Assembly: GCA_963765495.1 (NCBI GenBank)
Contig: CAVXWP010000002.1
Location: 512,001-576,000 of the forward strand
DNA length: 64,000 nucleotides
Direction of reading: 5' to 3'
Source of the DNA: Blastocatellia bacterium
GTDB lineage: Bacteria; Acidobacteriota; Blastocatellia; UBA7656
Part shown: in pieces, positions 61,488 through 64,000 of the stretch
Position numbering within the stretch: position 1 is the first letter of the stretch
Layout of the letters: the number at the start of each line of letters is the position of its first letter
Position numbers and translations under genes: made by a program
Notes under the pieces: model-generated
Told to the model about the DNA's origin: nothing
Databases searched by the model: none
What the model saw: the letters and a program-made list of their open reading frames with translations, nothing else

Positions 61488-62971
61488 CAATACCTGTCAA
61501 ATAAGCCACGAGACGGCATTTATGGCATACTTTCGAGTTGATAGAAACGAAAGTTGTCAAGGAGCCGCCTCGCTTGAGTTACAAAATACGCCATATTACC
61601 GATGAACGAAAGTTCTGTGATCATCTCTCTATTGATGCCATCTCTGATGCCGTCTCTATTGAATTAATCCAAGAGGTTCTTGATCTCCACAATGCCTCTC
61701 ACAAACGACATCGCAAACTCACTATGAGCGCTGTCGTGCTCATTATCATCGCTATGAATCTGTTTTCACATTTCTCTATTGGACATGTCGTGCGGAGAGT
61801 CTTTCAGGGTTTGCGTTTCATCTGGCCTGATCCTGACTTTCCTCCTCCTAAACACAATGCAATATCTTATCGTCGTTACCAGTTGGGGCCTCGTCCTTTA
61901 GTCTCATTGTTTCATCGTGTTGCACAACCTATGGCAACAGATGAAACTCGTGGCGCTTTTGCATTTGGACTGCGATTAATGGCCCTTGACGGCTCTATTG
62001 AAGAAGCCCCGGACACTCCGGAAAATGATGCTGCTTTTGGGCGGTTGGCTTCTGATCGCGGGAAGTGTTGCTTCGTGCAAATTCAGGCTGTCTACCTTGT
62101 AGAATGTGGCACTCATGCCATTATTGATGCAGGATTTTGGCCTGCAAAAAGCAGTGAACGAGTTGGAGGTTTTCGCCTGCTAAGAAGCCTGGGAAAAGGG
62201 ATGCTTTTGATGTGGGATAGAGGCTTTCACTCCTATGATATGGTAGTTGCGACACTTGAGCGAGGGTCTCAATGTCTTGGTAGATTGCCTGACAATGTGA
62301 AACCGGAACACCTTTGCACGCTAGAAGATGGAACGTGGTTAGGCTATATCAGACCAACACAAAAAGGACGGCGAAATAAAGAAGACAAACAGTTGGTTCG
62401 GATAATCTCTTACACTTTTACAGACCCGACCCAAGCAGGATACCAGAAGAGATACCGCATAGTCACAACACTATTGGATGAAAGGAAGTATCCGGCCAAA
62501 GAGTTGGTGTGTTTGTATCACGAGCGATGGGAAATCGAGATAGTCATAGATGAGATAGATACACATCAACGACTAGCAGGAAGGCCATTGAGAAGCCTAA
62601 AACCAGAGGGAGTCATACAAGAGTTATACGCATTATTGATAGCGCATTATGCAGTAAGAAAACTGATACACGAAGCAGCAAATGAGGCAGAAGTAGACCC
62701 GGATCGGATAAGTTTTGTAGGAGCATTGAGGATAATCCAAGAAGCAATACCAGAATTCCAAATGGTAGAAAAGGAGCAAAAGGAGCAATTATACAAGAGG
62801 CTATTGAGAGATATAGGAGAGCAAAGGTTACCAGAAAGGCGAGCCAGATCGAATCCGCGAGTAGTGAAGAGAAAGATGAGTGGGTTCAATCTGAAGCGAC
62901 CACAGCATTACAACTGGCCCAAGCCACAGCTACGATTTTGTGATGCTATTTTGCTTATTTGACAGGTATTG
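61488..62971 (+). mobile_element. IS4-family insertion sequence (IS4Sa-like, 1484 bp)
   Basis: Perfect 19-bp IR CAATACCTGTCAAATAAGC; 10-bp TSD CAGTTAGGCT (61478-87, 62972-81). Confidence 0.95.
61538..62962 (+). CDS. IS4-family DDE transposase
   Basis: ALDGS, WDRGF, YHERWEIE (YREK-like) and PRVVKR motifs; start codon uncertain. Confidence 0.93.
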   Translation: MIETKVVKEPPRLSYKIRHITDERKFCDHLSIDAISDAVSIELIQEVLDLHNASHKRHRKLTMSAVVLIIIAMNLFSHFSIGHVVRRVFQGLRFIWPDPDFPPPKHNAISYRRYQLGPRPLVSLFHRVAQPMATDETRGAFAFGLRLMALDGSIEEAPDTPENDAAFGRLASDRGKCCFVQIQAVYLVECGTHAIIDAGFWPAKSSERVGGFRLLRSLGKGMLLMWDRGFHSYDMVVATLERGSQCLGRLPDNVKPEHLCTLEDGTWLGYIRPTQKGRRNKEDKQLVRIISYTFTDPTQAGYQKRYRIVTTLLDERKYPAKELVCLYHERWEIEIVIDEIDTHQRLAGRPLRSLKPEGVIQELYALLIAHYAVRKLIHEAANEAEVDPDRISFVGALRIIQEAIPEFQMVEKEQKEQLYKRLLRDIGEQRLPERRARSNPRVVKRKMSGFNLKRPQHYNWPKPQLRFCDAILLI

Positions 62972-62974
62972 CAG

Positions 62975-63214
62975 TTAGGCTGCCTCCAAAACCTTCTTGG
63001 CTACGTCTTTTCCGGCCGTTGGTGGAGGCAAAGGTCTTCCATCTCTTTTCAATAAATCAATCCATTCATCCACAATCTGACATAGTTCTGCAAATACCTG
63101 CGCTTCATCGTTTCCATGACAACAGGGACCTATGATTCCTGGGCATTGCCCCACAAAACAATTGTCTTCATCTGACCATTCAACAATCTTGATATAGCGG
63201 GCGCTTTCTTTCAT
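62975..63214 (-). CDS. hicB: cassette TA: HicB-like antitoxin
   Basis: IVEWSDED…CPGI…HG…GRPLPPP. Confidence 0.85.
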   Translation of the reverse strand: MKESARYIKIVEWSDEDNCFVGQCPGIIGPCCHGNDEAQVFAELCQIVDEWIDLLKRDGRPLPPPTAGKDVAKKVLEAA

Positions 63215-63405
63215 TGCTGTGCCTCTTGAATCTTTTTTTTCACCTCACGTTCCTGATAAGGTTTTGCATCATCGCCAAGCTGACCAGAAACTGTAAGACG
63301 AACACCTTTTGGATGCTCATAATTTCTATGACTGCCTTTACCACCTCGATTGACAAACCCTGCTCTTTCCAAATCGCCGATCAATTCTCTGATTTTACGA
63401 GGCAT
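63211..63405 (-). CDS. hicA: cassette TA: HicA toxin
   Basis: LERAGF…GKGSHRNYEHP. Confidence 0.9.
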   Translation of the reverse strand: MPRKIRELIGDLERAGFVNRGGKGSHRNYEHPKGVRLTVSGQLGDDAKPYQEREVKKKIQEAQQ

Positions 63406-63588
63406 AATCGCGTCTATGCTCTTGCAAATCCTTTCTTTCCATCACGGATATTTTTATCAACATTGCTAAACCGCTAACCCAGCCAAAACAAAGAGCAAGC
63501 TATTCTCTAACCCTGTTATGGTGACAAAGAAATACTCGCATTGTCAATCGTCCTTCTGGTTCAATTCTGGCGGCTGGTGAGCGAGCGA

Positions 63589-63673
63589 GCCTAACGACGA
63601 GTTCAGCGGCGCGCTGGTAGCAGAGGGATACTGAGTAGTTGGAATGCGCGTCCGCTGGAATGAGCAGTTAGGC
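63589..63673 (-). repeat. attC25 (subtype A)
   Basis: gcctaac…gttaggc. Confidence 0.9.
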
Positions 63674-63765
63674 GCGGCCTCAGCTACTTCCATCTCGCCT
63701 GAAAAACAAAGTCTTTGATGCATCTGGTTTAAGCGGCAACATTGTGTGATAGATGGGTCTCTCCA

Positions 63766-63999
63766 CTACAAAGTCTCAGGATAAAGTATCGTCGCCATTT
63801 TATCTACTCCCAAGCAAGTCAGAAAAATTTTGTCCTTCAAATCAATGATGTACTCTATGGCTAACGGACAGTACTCGCCTACTTCAAGATTCCCTATTCG
63901 CGCTTGATTTCGAGCATTCACAAACCCTCGATTATGGATATGGATGTTTCGTATCGCCTTAGCTCGATCAAGTTCATTTGGAGATGTCTTTGCTGCTAT
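63766..63999 (-). CDS. 3' end of a cassette ORF with a HEPN-like RxxxxH motif
   Basis: Manual translation …AKAIRNIHIHNRGFVN…LYPETL*; open to the window edge. Confidence 0.55.
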   Translation of the reverse strand: MAAKTSPNELDRAKAIRNIHIHNRGFVNARNQARIGNLEVGEYCPLAIEYIIDLKDKIFLTCLGVDKMATILYPETL

Positions 64000-64000
64000 G

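Larger units (their letters stand above)
47807..64000 (-). mobile_element. integron gene-cassette array (25 attC, 24 complete cassettes; intI/attI not in window)
   Basis: Repeated ~85-87-bp imperfect palindromes RYYTAAC…GTTRRRY separating single ORFs, TA pairs or ORF-less segments; all cassette ORFs on the minus strand; AT-rich. Confidence 0.95.

Noticed and set aside
47807-63673. CRISPR array
   Set aside because: Repeats are ~85-bp variable palindromes with RYYTAAC/GTTRRRY ends separated by 190-1200 bp (more where an IS is inserted), and no cas genes are present. They are attC sites.
1-64000. tRNA/rRNA genes and integron integrase
   Set aside because: None recognised by eye and no tyrosine recombinase ORF is present.

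Overview
Bacterial chromosomal window. It is probably Acidobacteriota/Blastocatellia-like, which is an inference from gene content only. 1-14.5 kb holds a dcw cluster (ftsL-ftsI-murE-mraY-murD-ftsW-murG-murC-ftsQ-ftsA-ftsZ, without murF, murB or ddl), and its gene junctions carry inverted 7-9-mer tandem-repeat arrays. 14.8-40.5 kb holds envelope, regulatory and metabolic genes: a GT83/YdjC/GT2 trio, an ECF sigma/anti-sigma pair, a DUF1573-like gene interrupted by an in-frame TGA with a downstream hairpin, and a frameshifted transglutaminase-TPR gene. 40.5-47.6 kb is a nest of four mobile elements: an IS3-family element with an IS5/ISL2-like IS at its left tip and a group II intron in orfB, and a second group II intron inside the first intron's RT gene (twintron). 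47.6-64 kb is a minus-strand integron cassette array with 25 attC sites and no intI in the window. It contains 6 toxin-antitoxin cassettes, several candidate nuclease cassettes, an attC-adjacent IS4, two MITEs, and 13 gene-less cassettes among 24 complete ones. The gene-less cassettes form length-conserved homologous families, two of which share a fixed-spacing GCCGCGC/GCGCGGC inverted pair, and one attC subtype occurs only on them. They are the best candidate here for an undescribed system. All coordinates were counted by eye and may be off by a base or two.
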